NCBI GenBank assembly: GCA_951406725.2
Contig: OX597828.1
Coordinates: forward strand, 69,068,001 to 69,132,000
DNA from: Octopus vulgaris
Taxonomy: Eukaryota
DNA length: 64,000 nucleotides
Direction of reading: 5' to 3'
Below, one piece after another: positions 39,251 through 52,582 of this stretch. The notes beneath the pieces were generated by a model. That model saw nothing but the letters and a program-made list of their open reading frames with translations. It did no database searches and was not told where the DNA came from. The position numbers and the translations under genes were made by a program. Numbering within the stretch: position 1 is the stretch's first letter; each line of letters opens with the position of its first letter.

Positions 39251-39294
39251 AGTCAAAGTTCTTTCATCACACTCTTGTGACCTCTTCAATGACT
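39251..39294 (-). ncRNA. Hammerhead ribozyme-like motif (C3U variant)
   Basis: AGTCA-TTGAAGA-G-GTCACA-agag-TGTGAT-GAAAG-aa-CTT-TGACT: 5-bp helix I, 6-bp helix II, 2-bp helix III. Confidence 0.5.
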
Positions 39295-39748
39295 CTCTCT
39301 CCCATGTGTCTCCTCTTGTGATGCTTATTCCAATTCTTAAATTAGTTACTTTAATGTGGTGGATTTACTGTATATTTATTTGATTACTTAATCACAATAT
39401 CAAAAACAAACTCAACATTATTGATTCATCGGATGGATAAATCTTCTGTGCCATCTGTGAAGATTGATTTCAAAACCACTTTTAACAACCATCTCACCTC
39501 ATCTATTGTGGATAGATCAGCTTAAGATAAACTTCATTCATTCATTCATTCATCACACTTGTTCTCATATCTACATCAATGTAACAGTTGCTTTAAATAC
39601 CCAATCACAATTATTAATTATCTTCTAAAGAGTTGGGCTTAAACCACTTATCCAAAAGATCATATTTCAAATTAATCTTGAAAATTGCAAATTTCTTTCA
39701 ATAAAAAAACAAATTACAAAACTGCTTAAAAATATTTTTGCTCTTTAC

Positions 39749-39887
39749 TTAGTTCATCAAGTGGTTTTAGTGACGAGGTCTCAGCAGCACTGCAGCTGGT
39801 ACTTCGTTGGAGGGTCTTCTGATTAGGTGATGATTTCGGTTTCAAAGTTTGCTTCAACTCTTCTGCACGATTAAAATATGTTTGTAC
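39749..39887 (-). CDS. ULK3: ULK3 exon, end of MIT1 and linker: VQTYFNRAEELKQTLKPKSSPNQKTLQRSTSCSAAETSSLKPLDEL
   Basis: tatAG acceptor, GTAAAG donor, 139 nt, phase 0 to 1; YxxRAEELK MIT signature. Confidence 0.93.
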
Positions 39888-40084
39888 CTATAAACAAAAA
39901 GAAAAAAAAAATTGAAGTATTGATGTAAAGAAAGCAATTATATTTATCTGTTAAAATTTGTATTTAGTTGTTTTGATAATTTTTCTTTTCTTTTTTCATT
40001 CTTTTTTTAAGCCAACTACCTGAAAGTTTATGAGATTGTCCTTATGAAGTTACTCTATCCACTGAATGCATTATGGTGTTACAT

Positions 40085-40646
40085 TGATATGAATATGGAC
40101 ACTAAAACTCTGCTTGCGAAGACCTGTTGAGGCAAGTGAAATCAAAAGTCAAAATCAAAATCAAAATCAAATTCAATGACTGGCATCCATGCTAGCGGGG
40201 TGCAAAGAGCACCATACAAGTGTGATCATTGACAGAGTGGCTAACCGGCTTCCATGCCAGAGGCACTTAAAAGGCACCGTTTGAGCGTGATCGTTACCAG
40301 CGTCGCCTTACTGGCACTTGAGCCCCGTGCTAGTAGGGTATTAAGATCACCATCCCAGCATGATCATTGCCAGAGTGGCTATCTGGTCTCCATGCCGGTG
40401 GCATGTGTAAAAGATTCGAGCAAGGTCTTTGCCAGTACCGCCTCAGTGGGCCCATGCCGGTGGCACGTAAAAGCACCCACTATGCTCTCAGAGTGGTTGA
40501 TGTTAGGAAGGGCATCCAGCTGTAGAAACTCTGCCAGATCAAGATTGAAGCCTGGTGCAGCCATCTGGTTCGCCAGCCCTCAGTCATTCGTCCAACCCAT
40601 GCTAGCATGGAAGGTGGACGTTAAACGATGATAATGATGATGATGA
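40085..40646 (+). mobile_element. Retroposon family C, long copy
   Basis: Includes 5' extension (ggcaagtgaaatcaaaa) also seen inverted at ~54860-54880, internal repeats and (GAT)n tail. Confidence 0.85.
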
Positions 40647-40964
40647 TTGATACATATCTATTAATGAGACAGTGTATTTGTCTTCTTGTGGGAGGTTCTT
40701 AATTCACAACAACTCATTTCACTAATATATAAATAGTTGACACTGAACTGCAGTACACTGCTGCAGACAGACCTCCTGTTGGTAAAAGATTGCAACAGAC
40801 TGCCATTCTTATTCAAAGAAGAAGTAATCTAATCATTCGACACAGGGATATCTAAAACAAGCGCCTGTACACCTCTCGTCTGCTATTTACAATGACCCTA
40901 CAGTTGTAAGCTTTGTAGTCATTCTCCCAATTATAAAAAATGGTAAAAATCAGCTGCATAGCAT

Positions 40965-41175
40965 TTACTCATTTACTCTTTTACTTGTTTCAGTCATTTG
41001 ACTGCGGCCATGCTGGAGCACCGCCTTTAATCGAGCAACTCGACCCCGGGACTTATTCTTTTGTAAACCCAGTACTTATTCTATCGGTCTCTTTTGCCGA
41101 ACCGCTAATTAACGGGGACATAAACACACCAGCAATTCTAGGGGGACAAACACAGACACACAAACACACACACGC

Positions 41176-41206
<31 letters not shown>

Positions 41207-41370
41207 TACGACGGGCTTCTTTCAGTTTCCGTCTACCAAATCCACTCACAAGGCATTGGTCGGCCCGGGGCTATAGCAGAAGACACTTGCCCAAGATGCC
41301 ACGCAGTGGGACTGAACCCGGAACCATGTGGTTGGTTAGCAACCTACTTACCACACAGCCACTCCTGCGC
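40965..41370 (-). mobile_element. CORE-type SINE family B
   Basis: Full-length reverse complement of 42604-43023; explains the 240-aa ORF. Confidence 0.9.
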
Positions 41371-41508
41371 CATTTGCTATCATTTTAATAAAAGAAGGAA
41401 AGGTACCATCCTGTCACATCTCCACCATCTTCTTTCTCTCTCTCCCTCTCTTCCTCTTTCTCTCCATCCCTTTCTCCATCCCCATATCTGTCTTTGTCTG
41501 TCTGCCTT

Positions 41509-41548
<40 letters not shown>

Positions 41549-42603
41549 CCTCCAACTAAGGTTGCCATATATCTCCTATTTCTGTCCTGCTATTCATATT
41601 CTAACCCCTCTTCAGCTGCCACAGAACCAACTCCCTCAATTCTATTCCCCCCTCTCAGTTGAGGGGGTCTTGTCTTGCAAGTTACTTAAAGACCTCACTG
41701 CAGTTGGAGCCAAATAAAAAAAAACACACCCAAGATGCTCAGTAAAGTGGTTAGCATCAGGAACGACATCCTAGCTATAGAAACTATGCTGAAGCAGACA
41801 GTAAAGCTGGATGCAGTTTTCTGACAAGTTGGCACCTGTTAAACCATCCAATTCATGCCAGCTTAGAAGGCAAACATTTGATAATGATGATGATGATGAT
41901 GATGATGATGAGGAGGAGGAGGAGGAGGAGGAGATAGTCATGGTGGATCTGTTCAGTTTGGCTCAGATTTTTTGATTAATTTTTTTAAACTAAATAGTTT
42001 GAAACTTTGTATATTGGTGGAAAGTCTCATGCAGAACACAGTTTACTTTGAACATTTTCAACAGAATTTGGTATTTTAGAAGTTATTTCGTGTTAAAGTT
42101 GTTGTATTTGGGTAATTTCAACTAATCAATGACGTGTATTCGGTTGAAGAAAGCTACTGTTGTTTGTGATAGTAATTGAAGAGGAGCAATTTCCAGGTTA
42201 CCTCTACTAAATGTGACCACTCTGTTCTATTCATATGGTCGAGCAAAGATGATGCCATCTTTATCCTTTCTTCTTTTCTAGTCAGCACTGTGCATTCCTT
42301 ACTCTTTCCTTCCCTTCTACACTATCAACTAGCAACCAGTGGGCAAACTTGTCACAGCCACTACAATTACCATATTTTCCAGTGTGTAAGTCACTATTTG
42401 TTTTGTTTTACCTTCATAAAATCCCAATTCTTTTCAGAACCCCTCACTTTTCCATGTATTTCTTACGAACAGTAACTAAAGTTCAAATCGAATATTAACC
42501 ACACAAACCTGTGGTCCTATCCCATCACTTTCCACATCTGTCCTTCATCTTAACCTTTTCACCACTCAAAAGCCTACAGTCAAAACAACAATATCATACA
42601 CAT

Positions 42604-43023
42604 AGGCGCAGGAGTGGCTGTGTGGTAAGTAGCTTGCTAACCAACCATATGGTTCCGGGTTCAGTCCCACTGCATGGCATCTTGGGTAAGTGTCTTCTGC
42701 TATAGCCCTGGGCCGACCAATGCCTTGTGAGTGGGTTTGGTAGACGGAAACTGAAAGAAGCCTGTCGTATATATGTATTTATATGTATATATGTGTATGT
42801 GTGTGTGTTTGTGTGTGTGTGTTTGTCCCCCTAGCATTGCTTGACAACCGATGCTGGTGTGTTTACGTCCCCGTCACTTAGCAGTTTGGCAAAAGAGACC
42901 GATAGAATGAGTACTGGGCTTACAAAGAATAAGTCCCGGGGTCGATTTGCTCGACTAAAGGCGGTGCTCCAGCATGGCCGCAGTCAAATGACTGAAACAA
43001 GTAAAAGAGTAAAAGAGTAAAAG
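42604..43023 (+). mobile_element. CORE-type tRNA SINE family B, full length
   Basis: ggcgcaggagtggctgtgtggt (A box) ... ggttcagtccc (B box), CORE-like cttgggtaagtgtctt, (gtaaaaga)n tail. Confidence 0.9.
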
Positions 43024-43488
43024 GGTACATACACACTCTCAGATGAAGGGCAAGAAAAGCATGGAATGTTAGTTTCTTCACTCTTCTCAGTAATTAAACT
43101 CCTTTAAGAACTTCCCTATGGAATAATTGTTGCTGACATCGGCCATTTTTAGTTACCTCCGATTTGGGATCTTTCTTCTATAATTACATTAACCTCAGCC
43201 AATTATTCATTAGCCCAAATCAAAGTGGAACTAAAGATGCCATAACCATAACCTCTTCTATTTAAGGCTAAGGAATAAAATATGTTGTTGGGGGACAGCT
43301 TCTCAAATTCCTCATCTCATCCATTTACCAAATTCTTTTACAATTAAAATTACTATTTAAGAAAAGTATTTCTATTAATTTTTTTTTAAAAATACTCATT
43401 TTTTCTTTTATTTTATTTTAGCTTTTTTTCTTCTTTGCCAAGTAATACATATTTAATTTCCTATTAGCATTATTCAGCAGAGAGTATT

Positions 43489-43491
<3 letters not shown>

Positions 43492-43545
<54 letters not shown>

Positions 43546-43562
43546 ATACATAAATAAATAAA
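43492..43562. repeat. (AAAT)n microsatellite
   Basis: About 17 units. Confidence 0.97.
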
Positions 43563-44043
43563 CAACTTCTGAGAATAAGGAACTGGGCTGTTCATTCCTA
43601 TTTTGCCATCATATGTTAGTAGTTTGTCTTGGCTCATAGCAATATTAAAGGTCATTGAACTGAAAAATTAAAGTAATGTGAGTTGATAGCAGCAACAAAC
43701 TCTGTCTGACTGGGCTGGGGTGGAGTGGGGGGGAGTTGCTTACAATTAAATATAGTAAGGTAGACTTGCAAAAGATAATTAATGATGATAGTTTTTTTTT
43801 TTTTTTTTTACTCCCATGATTTTCTAAATTTTAATTATTTTTCTCATTTATATAAGAAAAAAAAAATCTGGAGCAAATAAAAACAGTAAAAAAAAGGTCG
43901 ATAAATTGTCTCATTTCTTTCCGTTCTGCTCCTCCTCGTTATTATCATCATTACAAAACTTAAACATTAAGCAAATAAGTTTTATATTAAGGCAGTGAGG
44001 AGTTAATTGAAACTTGTTAAAACAGGGAACTATAACTAAAAGA

Positions 44044-44343
44044 CGGCACGTAAAAAGCACCATCCGATCGTGGCTGTTGCCAGCCTCGCCTGGCCCCCGT
44101 GCCGGTGGCACGTAAAAAGCACCATCCGTCCGTGGCCTTTTGCCAGCCCCATCTGGCACCTGTCTGGCACGTAAAAAGCACCCACTACACTCACAGAGTG
44201 GTTGGCGTTAGGAAGGGCATCCAGCCATAGAAACATTGCCAGATCAGACTGGACCTGGTGCAGCCTCCTGGCTTCCCAGACCCCGGTCGAACTGTCCAAC
44301 CCATGCTAGCATGGAAAGCAGACGCTAAATGATGATGATGATG
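44044..44343 (+). mobile_element. Retroposon family C copy
   Basis: Internal repeats, body and (GAT)n tail. Confidence 0.85.
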
Positions 44344-45244
44344 AGACTGAGAAGTGTGAAGGCCATTTTAAAAGGATTGCTAGGGGTTGGGCACAAGGTA
44401 TTGAATGATGCCAGCAGCAGGAGGTGCAGCCAGCCTCTGAAGACCCAAGTCCAGCAGCACAAGCTGCAGTGGTTTGCACATGTGCAGGATGAGCACTGGC
44501 AGATTGCCGTACCAACTTTTGTAGCAGCTGTGACCCACACCCTGAAGAATTCAGTGCAGTGTACCAAAGAAGACAGGGGTGCAACAAACTGAGGATGGCC
44601 TGAAGTCACAGCGCCTTGACTCCGTGCATGCCAAGGCCAATACCACAGATCAGAAAGCATGCAATAACATCATCACAAGAGCAGTGTATTGGCTGAGAGG
44701 ACAGCCTCCCCTTCCAGGCGCCAACTAGGGATTTAAGAAGATTGAAGGGTGGCAGTTAAGAAGAAGTGTTGATTAAATAGTACAGCTGGTATTAAGAAAC
44801 ATAATACAGAGAGGAAGAAAGGGTGAAGATAAAGAATATGATGCTAAGAATATGGTGCTAATGAGTAAAATGTGAAGCTGAGTATGAAGTTTTGGATAGA
44901 GTTGGGTGTAAAGAAAAGTGTGAATTGAAAACTGAGGAGGATCTAATATGGAGGCTGGAACAATATATGAAGAGAAGCACAAAAAATGAAAAAATAAAAT
45001 GGAAAAGGTGTAAAGAGGAGGATGGAAATGGAAAATGGTAAATATGGAATAAAAGAGTAGAGTATGAAGATATAGGGATGAAGCAGTAATATTTAAACTA
45101 TATCAGACATAATGAGCAGTAATTTACGACAAACAGAAAAAGTGAAACAAAGTTCACCGATAGAATTTGAACCTGTATCTTTCATGTCCTGAATGGTGCC
45201 TGCCATTATGTCTCCCCAAGCTAGATACCATTATTTGACTCTGC

Positions 45245-45700
45245 TAAGGCAGTAAGCAGGCAGAACTGTTAGCCTGCTGGGCAAAAGGCTTAGCAGCATT
45301 TTGTCCATCTTTATGTTCTGAGTTCAAATTCCACCAAGGTCAACATTGCCTTTCATTCTTTCACAGTTGATAAAATAAGTACCAGCTGAGGACCGGGGTT
45401 GATGTAATCAACTTAGTCACTCCCCTGAAATTGCTGGCCTTGTACCAAAATTTAAAACCATTATTTGACTCTGCTACTATAAGGTGGTGAGCTGGCAGAA
45501 TTGTTAGCATGCCAGACAAAATGCTTTAGCAACATTTCGTCAATCCTAATGTCTTGAGCTCAAATTCTACTGAGGTCAACTTCACCTTCCATCCTTTCAG
45601 TGTTGATAAAATAAGTACCAGTCATATACTGGAGCTGATGTAATCAACTATCCAAATTTCTTCGAAATTTCATGCTTTGTGCCTGTAGTACAAAGGACTA
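45245..45700 (+). mobile_element. Two tandem degenerate SINE family A copies
   Basis: ggcagaactgttagc...gagttcaaattc...gcctttcattc at 45245-45460 and again at 45480-45700. Confidence 0.75.
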
Positions 45701-46209
45701 TTTGATTCTACTATTTACACTGTGCTATTCTTATCTCCATAAACTAATTCGTTAGTCATTTATAATTAGCTAAAGAGGCGACTCTACTAATTAATGTCCA
45801 ATGTGGCAAGGTGTCCTGTCATTATTTAATGTTTGTGAAATAAACCCATGAATGGAATTCTGAATTAACTGTTTAGATTCTAATGTAAATGATTTGAGAT
45901 ATCATAAGCAGCATCAATTTGAAACAGAAGAGAGAGACATTGCAGAAACAAATTATATTATACAACAAAAGGAGTGGAATGATAGAATATACTGCAATGT
46001 AATTAGTTATATTAGCTCATTTTATTTTTAATTATGCAAATTATGTAGACCAATAATTATTTGTAACTCTTTTTCAATATATATATAAAAATATGCCAAT
46101 TGTTGAAGTAGACAAAATAATACCGAAGGATTGTTAATATATCACTGATGAGTATCAACTCTCCTTTAGTAAAGTTGTTTTTTTCTTTAATAATTTACTT
46201 TTCTTTTTT

Positions 46210-46575
46210 TTTTCAATTCAATATTTATTGGCTCAAAAAGCAAAAGCAAGGCTATGTAGGGGGACAGGGAGTTATATACGGGGAGGGTGGTCATACAAAG
46301 AGATCAGGCCATTTCTGGTCAAGAGAGACTTTGAACCGAGCGGTCGTCGGCATCTTCACTATCTTGTCCGGCAGCTTATTCCACGGATCCACAACCCGGA
46401 CGGAGAAAGCCCCTCTCCTTCGATTGAGATGAAATCGTCATAGATAGAGCTTTTCGGAGTGACCCCACAGCCCACGCTCTGGAGCAGGAGTGAAGAACAG
46501 CTCTTTCGAGAGGTTACACTTTCCGCTTATGATGTTGTGAGCGAGAATGAGATCACCACGGCGTCGTCATTTTTC
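46210..46575 (-). mobile_element. CR1-type LINE 3' fragment
   Basis: RRRGDLILAHNII...GHSEKL...RRRGAFSVRVVDPWNKLP...RFKVSLD matches the CR1 ORF2 C-terminus (RGDLI, FSxRVVxxWNxLP, FKxxLD). Confidence 0.85.
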
Positions 46576-47620
46576 TTTTACTAAAGAGACCCATGAATAT
46601 TTCATGGAACTAACTGTAAACCTATTAGGTTATTTATGTTTAGCCCCTTGTGGGCAGTAAAGAAATATATTAGGTTATTTCTGAAAACTTTATCCAAAAA
46701 CCTGAAAGCATAGCCTCTGTTGTGTCTGTATGGAAAGATAGTCTCTCATCTGCTACTCATTGAAAAGTGGAAGAAATTGGAATACGATGATTACTTAAAG
46801 CACTTTATATATTTTATGCACAATTTTATAGACTCAGCACTTGTAAAATAAATAAAATAAATATTCACCCTCATTTTCCCATTTCCCCCATAAACAAAAA
46901 TAAAATATCCAGTACATAGGCTGCAACCTTTCGTTAAATTGCATATATCTGCCATGTAAATAAGCATGAGTACTTCACGGAATTGCACTTATGTGCACGT
47001 GTTAAGTGATAGGTGATATAAAAGCTGAAGTTAATTTTAAAAAATACACTTTTCACCATCCACACACCACCAGCACCACCATCGTCATCTCCCTCCCCCT
47101 CTCTCTGTGATTTTCTTTAACCTCACCATCAGAACATCATCCCAATCCTAAAATTATATTTCTAACTCCCTTTCTTTATGTCACTGCCTTCAACTAACTT
47201 TTTTTAACCAAGTAATAAATATTACGTCCCCTCACCACCACCACACATCATGGACACTCTTTTTCTCTCTCCCTCTTTAACTAATCCTCTTCTTTTTCTT
47301 TCTCCTCTCTTTCTCTTCAACCAATCACTTGAAAGCGTTACATTTACATTCCCTCCACCTCACCTCACTTTTTCTCTTTCCCCTTTTTTCTTTCTCCTTC
47401 TTTTTCTCCAATCATGTGAAAGCATTACCAACAGGCTAAGTAACATAATGACAAGCAGAATTAATATAAAATATTTAAACTCTCTGAAGCATAACCAACC
47501 TCAGACAAAATTAGAAGTTTTTAATGAACAAGGTTATTAATAAAAGAAAATTACTACACAAAATTGTTGAATGAGAGTTGTGCAAATTGCAATATGGTAT
47601 ATACTAAAATATATATTAAC

Positions 47621-47661
47621 CTTTGCTTGTAGGGCTCTCTTCTTCGTAAAATCTCTTTCAT
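47621..47661 (-). CDS. ULK3: ULK3 exon (MIT1): (Y)ERDFTKKRALQAK
   Basis: atcAG acceptor, GTTAAT donor, 41 nt, phase 1 to 0; resembles YEVDAQRKEAIKAK. Confidence 0.9.
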
Positions 47662-47783
47662 CTGATAAATAGAACAAAACAAACACAGATGATTACTGGT
47701 AAAAGAAAAAAGAAATTAAAAATATTTAGGTTTTGCTTCAAGAAACTGACAAAAAAATGGGTAGTTTGATAGAGATAGCTTAA

Positions 47784-48004
47784 CCCTTTCGTTACTGAAT
47801 TTATTTTGAGATGCTCAGTGTTTCTTCCAATTATGTTAAATATAACAAAGAACTAAGTAAAATAACATCGTTATCATTAAGTTAGAGTTAGGGACATAAA
47901 TTGTGACTAAGGTTTGGTGGAAGGTTTTAATTCAGAACTTTTGAAAACCAGACATTCGTACTAAAGAGCCAAAGCCGGTTTCAGCCAGGTTGGTAACGAA
48001 AGGG
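47784..48004. mobile_element. piggyBac-type MITE (221 bp)
   Basis: TTAA on both sides; 12-bp TIR CCCTTTCGTTAC. Confidence 0.9.
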
Positions 48005-48394
48005 TTAATGGTTAGGAATTGATGAAATGACTAAGTAAACAGATTGGTGAAGTAACGAGCAATTAATAAGAATGGATGAAGGTTAACTACATGGTATGGA
48101 TAAGACAACTTGTTAAATAGATATGAGTAGGTGAATGGATTTTAGTATTTATTTTGATGACTCAGTGAACAATTCCTTGTCTATATCCATGAGATCAGGG
48201 ATATAGACATACCAAATTTATAGAAAGAAATTTTCCGCTAACACAAAATCCTGCTTCATAGAGGACAACTGGAAGTTCCTATGAGACAACTTGCTGTGGG
48301 CCAACCCAAATCTGTGACTAGCACAAAGCCGAGGTTTATCTGCTAAACCAGAGAGCGGGAACCTGTGGCCGTCTGAAGGGCAAAGCACAACCTT

Positions 48395-48720
48395 CATTAT
48401 CGTTCAATGTCTGCTTTCCATGCTGGCATGGGTTGGACGGTTTGACTGAGGGCTGGCAATCCAGAAGGCTGCACCAAGCTCCAATCTGATCTGGCAAAGT
48501 TTCTACAGCTGGATGCCCTTCCTAATGCCAACCACTCCAAGAGTGTAGTGGGTTCCTTTAATGGGCCACCAGCATGAGGGCCAGTCAGGTGGTACTGGCA
48601 TCAACCATGCTTAAATGGTGCTTTTTACATGCCACCAGCACAGGAGCTAGTCAAAGCAGCACTGGCAACAACCACATTCGAATGGTGCTTTTTATGTGCC
48701 ACCGGTATGGGACCAGTCAG
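48395..48720 (-). mobile_element. Retroposon family C copy
   Basis: Body and internal repeats; tail eroded. Confidence 0.8.
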
Positions 48721-49275
48721 GAAGACATATATTTGAGAGAAAATCATTATATTGGAATATATTTTTGTTGATTCAATAGTTATTAAAGCCTATCTTCTCA
48801 GCAAAAGGAGAATTTTAGAAATGTTTATATTTCTTAATCTCCACTTGTGATTCCATGTTTAAAGTAATTACAATTGTGTATAAAACAATTGAAAATAACT
48901 TCAAGCAATTTTGAAGAAATTTAATAAAAAGGGTTACTGTGGGAGGGTGCTTAATCCAAAACTTCATCCATTTTTTAAAATATATAACAGGGTTAGCAGT
49001 ATAAAATTAGTTCTGAAATATGGCATTGTCAGACAGCAGTTAACTTCAATGTGCCCTTTCAACATAAAAAATGTCCCCTATTTCTATACTAGACTGTATC
49101 TGCATAAGACTACACACCTAAAGCCTTCTTCTCAACTAACCACCAATTTTTCAATGCCATTGTACACTAAGAACAATGTTTTTTTCTATTCAAACAAATA
49201 GAATGCTAAAGAAAAAGGTCTACATACAGTGGGTGGGGTTCAGTCAAACTCTGATGATAATTTAAGGAAATGTAA

Positions 49276-49512
49276 CCTATTTCTTTATTACCCACAAGGG
49301 GGTAAACATAGAGGGGACAAACAAGGACAGACATAGGTATTAAGTCGATTACATTGACCCCAGTACATAACTGGTACTTATTTAATCAACCCCGAAAGGA
49401 TGAAAGGCAAAGTCGACCTCGGCGGAATTTGAACTCACAACGTAACGGCAGACGAAATACCACTAAGCATTTCGCCCGGCGCGCTAACGTTTCTGCTGGC
49501 TCGCCGCCTTTT
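49276..49512 (-). mobile_element. SINE family A copy with TSD
   Basis: 16-bp TSD atttaaggaaatgtaa at 49260-49275 and 49513-49528. Confidence 0.92.
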
Positions 49513-49543
49513 ATTTAAGGAAATGTAATCCTTTAGTTTTTAA

Positions 49544-49787
49544 CCCTTTAGTGTTCAGATTACTCTGTCAAATATAATGTTTTTTCATTTACATTGTTTT
49601 GAATTAATTCTGCATTGTCTTGTAGCTCTGAGAATTTGATGACGTGATGGTTTATTTTGAGGATGTGGTGGTTTATTTTGAGGATGGCATTGTAGGATAT
49701 GCGTGAGAGGCCAGATCTGGATGGTTTGAACATAAAAGAAGTAGAAAATTTGGGCCGGATATGGTTAAAGGGTTAAATGCTAAAGGG
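49544..49787. mobile_element. piggyBac-type MITE, second family
   Basis: TTAA|CCCTTTAG...CTAAAGGG|TTAA; homologous to 62943-63161. Confidence 0.85.
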
Positions 49788-50218
49788 TTAACTTGAAAAG
49801 TTGGCCATCTTATTCTGATCTGGGATTCTCCAGCTAATATGCTTTAAGAGGAAAAGAGAAGAGCTTTATGAGTCCAATGTCAGATGCCATGTTTTCATGT
49901 TACTACAAGAGTTTAGACGGAATGTGGAGGACTTAATTCTGATCACAGAGACGTTATCAAAACATAATTGACAGATTTAAAGGCAAAGAAAGAAACAAAC
50001 AAAGGCTCTGATATGAACAAAATTGGTATTTCTACTATTAACAGAGCCAGCCCAGCTATTAGCCATCTTAATTCCAATGTTGGCACAAATTTACTGAAGT
50101 TTTTCTATATCAAGTTAGGTTGTTTGACATAACCCAACTGAGAAATACAATATTTAACACAAGAAACATTATCCAATATAAACATACAATATGTATTCTA
50201 CTAAATGTTAGCTTCATG

Positions 50219-50277
<59 letters not shown>

Positions 50278-50696
50278 CTTATCTTAGCACTACTCAAATG
50301 TATACAAGCTGTATTTATACAAGTCAATATTCCTAACCATTCTCAAACTACACCCAATAAAGCTATCAACATTTTATTCAAAGTTCTAAAGCTTCTACAA
50401 AATATTTTTATAAAACGTCTAAAAGGGGGATGTTTTATGGTTTTTAGATGAAATATCAGTGCAAACATAAACAATACATTTGTAAACGAGAAATAAATGT
50501 GATTCTGAGGGGCTCGCGTTTGGACGTCTTTTCTGTTTGCATCGACACTGAAAACCATAAAAGACAAATTCTCCATTCTTCTGCAGTTTAGTCTTCAAAA
50601 GCTGAATAAGTTTAAAACTAATTAATTTGAATAAACGTGAGAGATTTTAGATAAACTTTGCTACGACTAAGATTGATTGTATGATCTACTTTATCA

Positions 50697-51103
50697 TCTC
50701 TATATATATAAACGGCAGTTTGTCTGTGTGTGTGTCTGTGTGTCTGTCAGGTTGTACCCTCATCCTGACCACGGCTTTCAACCGATTCTGATGAAACTTG
50801 ACACACACATAGCCCAATGTCATAATTCAAAACTAACGCAGCGAAAATTTTGAAAAGTTTCCCAGTTCTGAAAAAATCAATAAATTCAACATGGGGGTTG
50901 AGAATCTAAGCTTTTTATATGCAACACATTTTCTGTCGGGAGACAGCTAGGTACATAGTATACATAGAAGTATTCGAGTGAAGAGAATACATTGCAACCT
51001 ACACATGCGCCTTCGTTCCCTGGAGGGAAAGGACTAGATTGGGATTAGTCGTTGCCTACTAGGGGCTCTTACATACCTGGGCAACGCCGGGCTATGCTGC
51101 TAG
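50697..51103 (+). mobile_element. Non-autonomous Helitron
   Basis: A|TC start, cctgggcaacgccggg hairpin, CTAG|T end. Confidence 0.85.
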
Positions 51104-52582
51104 TTCTGATATAAAGGAAATAAATCTAAAGATGATGCTTAGAATCTGAGTATTTTTAAAGCTCAAGATTGGAGCCTGATGCAACCATCTGGTTCGCCAG
51201 CCCTCAGTCAAAATCGCCCAACCCATGCTAGCATGGAAAGCAGACACTAAACAATGATGATGATGATGTCTCTACACTTGTCCCAGTACTTTGTCATGTA
51301 TTCTCTGAGGCTCAGCAGCCTATGATCAGCTTTCATCACTTCACGTTTTCTTTGGTCTTCCTCCTTAGCAGTCGTAAGTATATGTCATGATAGCTTAAAA
51401 AAATATGGAAGAGAAGACAAAAACTATACAAATGTTTGTTTACTATTATATAATGGATATAATAAAACAATCTCCCAATTGTTTTGTAAATTGCTTTCCA
51501 AACAAATTTTCCGCTTAATATTACTTTTTAACATATTTTTTCCCCTTCTGCCCATCTTTGTATTTTAATTAAAATTACTTAAACCTGTAAAAAACCCACC
51601 CTCTGTAAATATGAATAATTGAAATAATATTTATTATTTTAATAAATAGTTTTGTTTATGTTTGTTAGTATAGCATGTTTTAGAGAAATGTATGTGTTGT
51701 ATGTAAATGTGTATACATACATATACTCATGTACACACCCAAACACATCATCATCATCATCATCAACTTTTAATGTCTGCTTTTCCATGCTGACATGGGA
51801 CAAACAGAATTTGTTAGGGCACAGTTTCCTGTAGCTGTATGCCTTCTTGTTACCAACCCTCACCAGTTTCCAAAAATGGTAAAAATCTATTAAAGGGCCA
51901 CAGGGAAAGTGACAAACTCAAAATTAATAGTCAAGAAATCAAATATCCAAAGTTTAACAATAGTATATATACCTATGTGTGTATGTGTGTGTGTGGTTGA
52001 GAAGCTTACTTCCTAACTGTGTGGTCTTAAGTTCAGTCCCAATGCGCAGCACCTTGGGCAAATGTCTTGTTTTCATAAGTTTTGAATTAAAATCTTCAAA
52101 TTTTGGTCACAATTTATGTCTCTAACACTAGCTGAATTAAGTTATTTTACTAAATTCTTTGTTATATTTAAAATTAATTGAAAGAAACACAGAACATCTC
52201 AAAATAAATACAGTAACGAAAGGGTTAAGGCAAAATGACAGTAATACACGCACACACATACACACACACACACCAAAGTTATTGTGGGAGACATTTGGCC
52301 AAGGTGCCGTGTAGTAGGATTGAACCTGGAGCCTTGGAAGAAAACATCTTACTACACAGCCATGCATATGTTGAGTGGTTGATAAATTATTTTGTGAAAC
52401 AAGTGAGATATTTAATCAAAGTTTTATATCTCCTCTGATAAATATTCAAAATACTCAGTTTGAGAATGAGTCATTTGGTAAATGAGTGACATGTAAACAA
52501 TATGACTGAGAAGAAAAAAATACCTTACATGAGCATTTTGTATACTAAATGCAAATATAGAAAAATATGATAGATATAATAT

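Noticed and set aside
40940-41662. Longest ORF (240 aa)
   Set aside because: Antisense translation of a CORE-type SINE plus a CT tract; the same peptides recur at other SINE copies.
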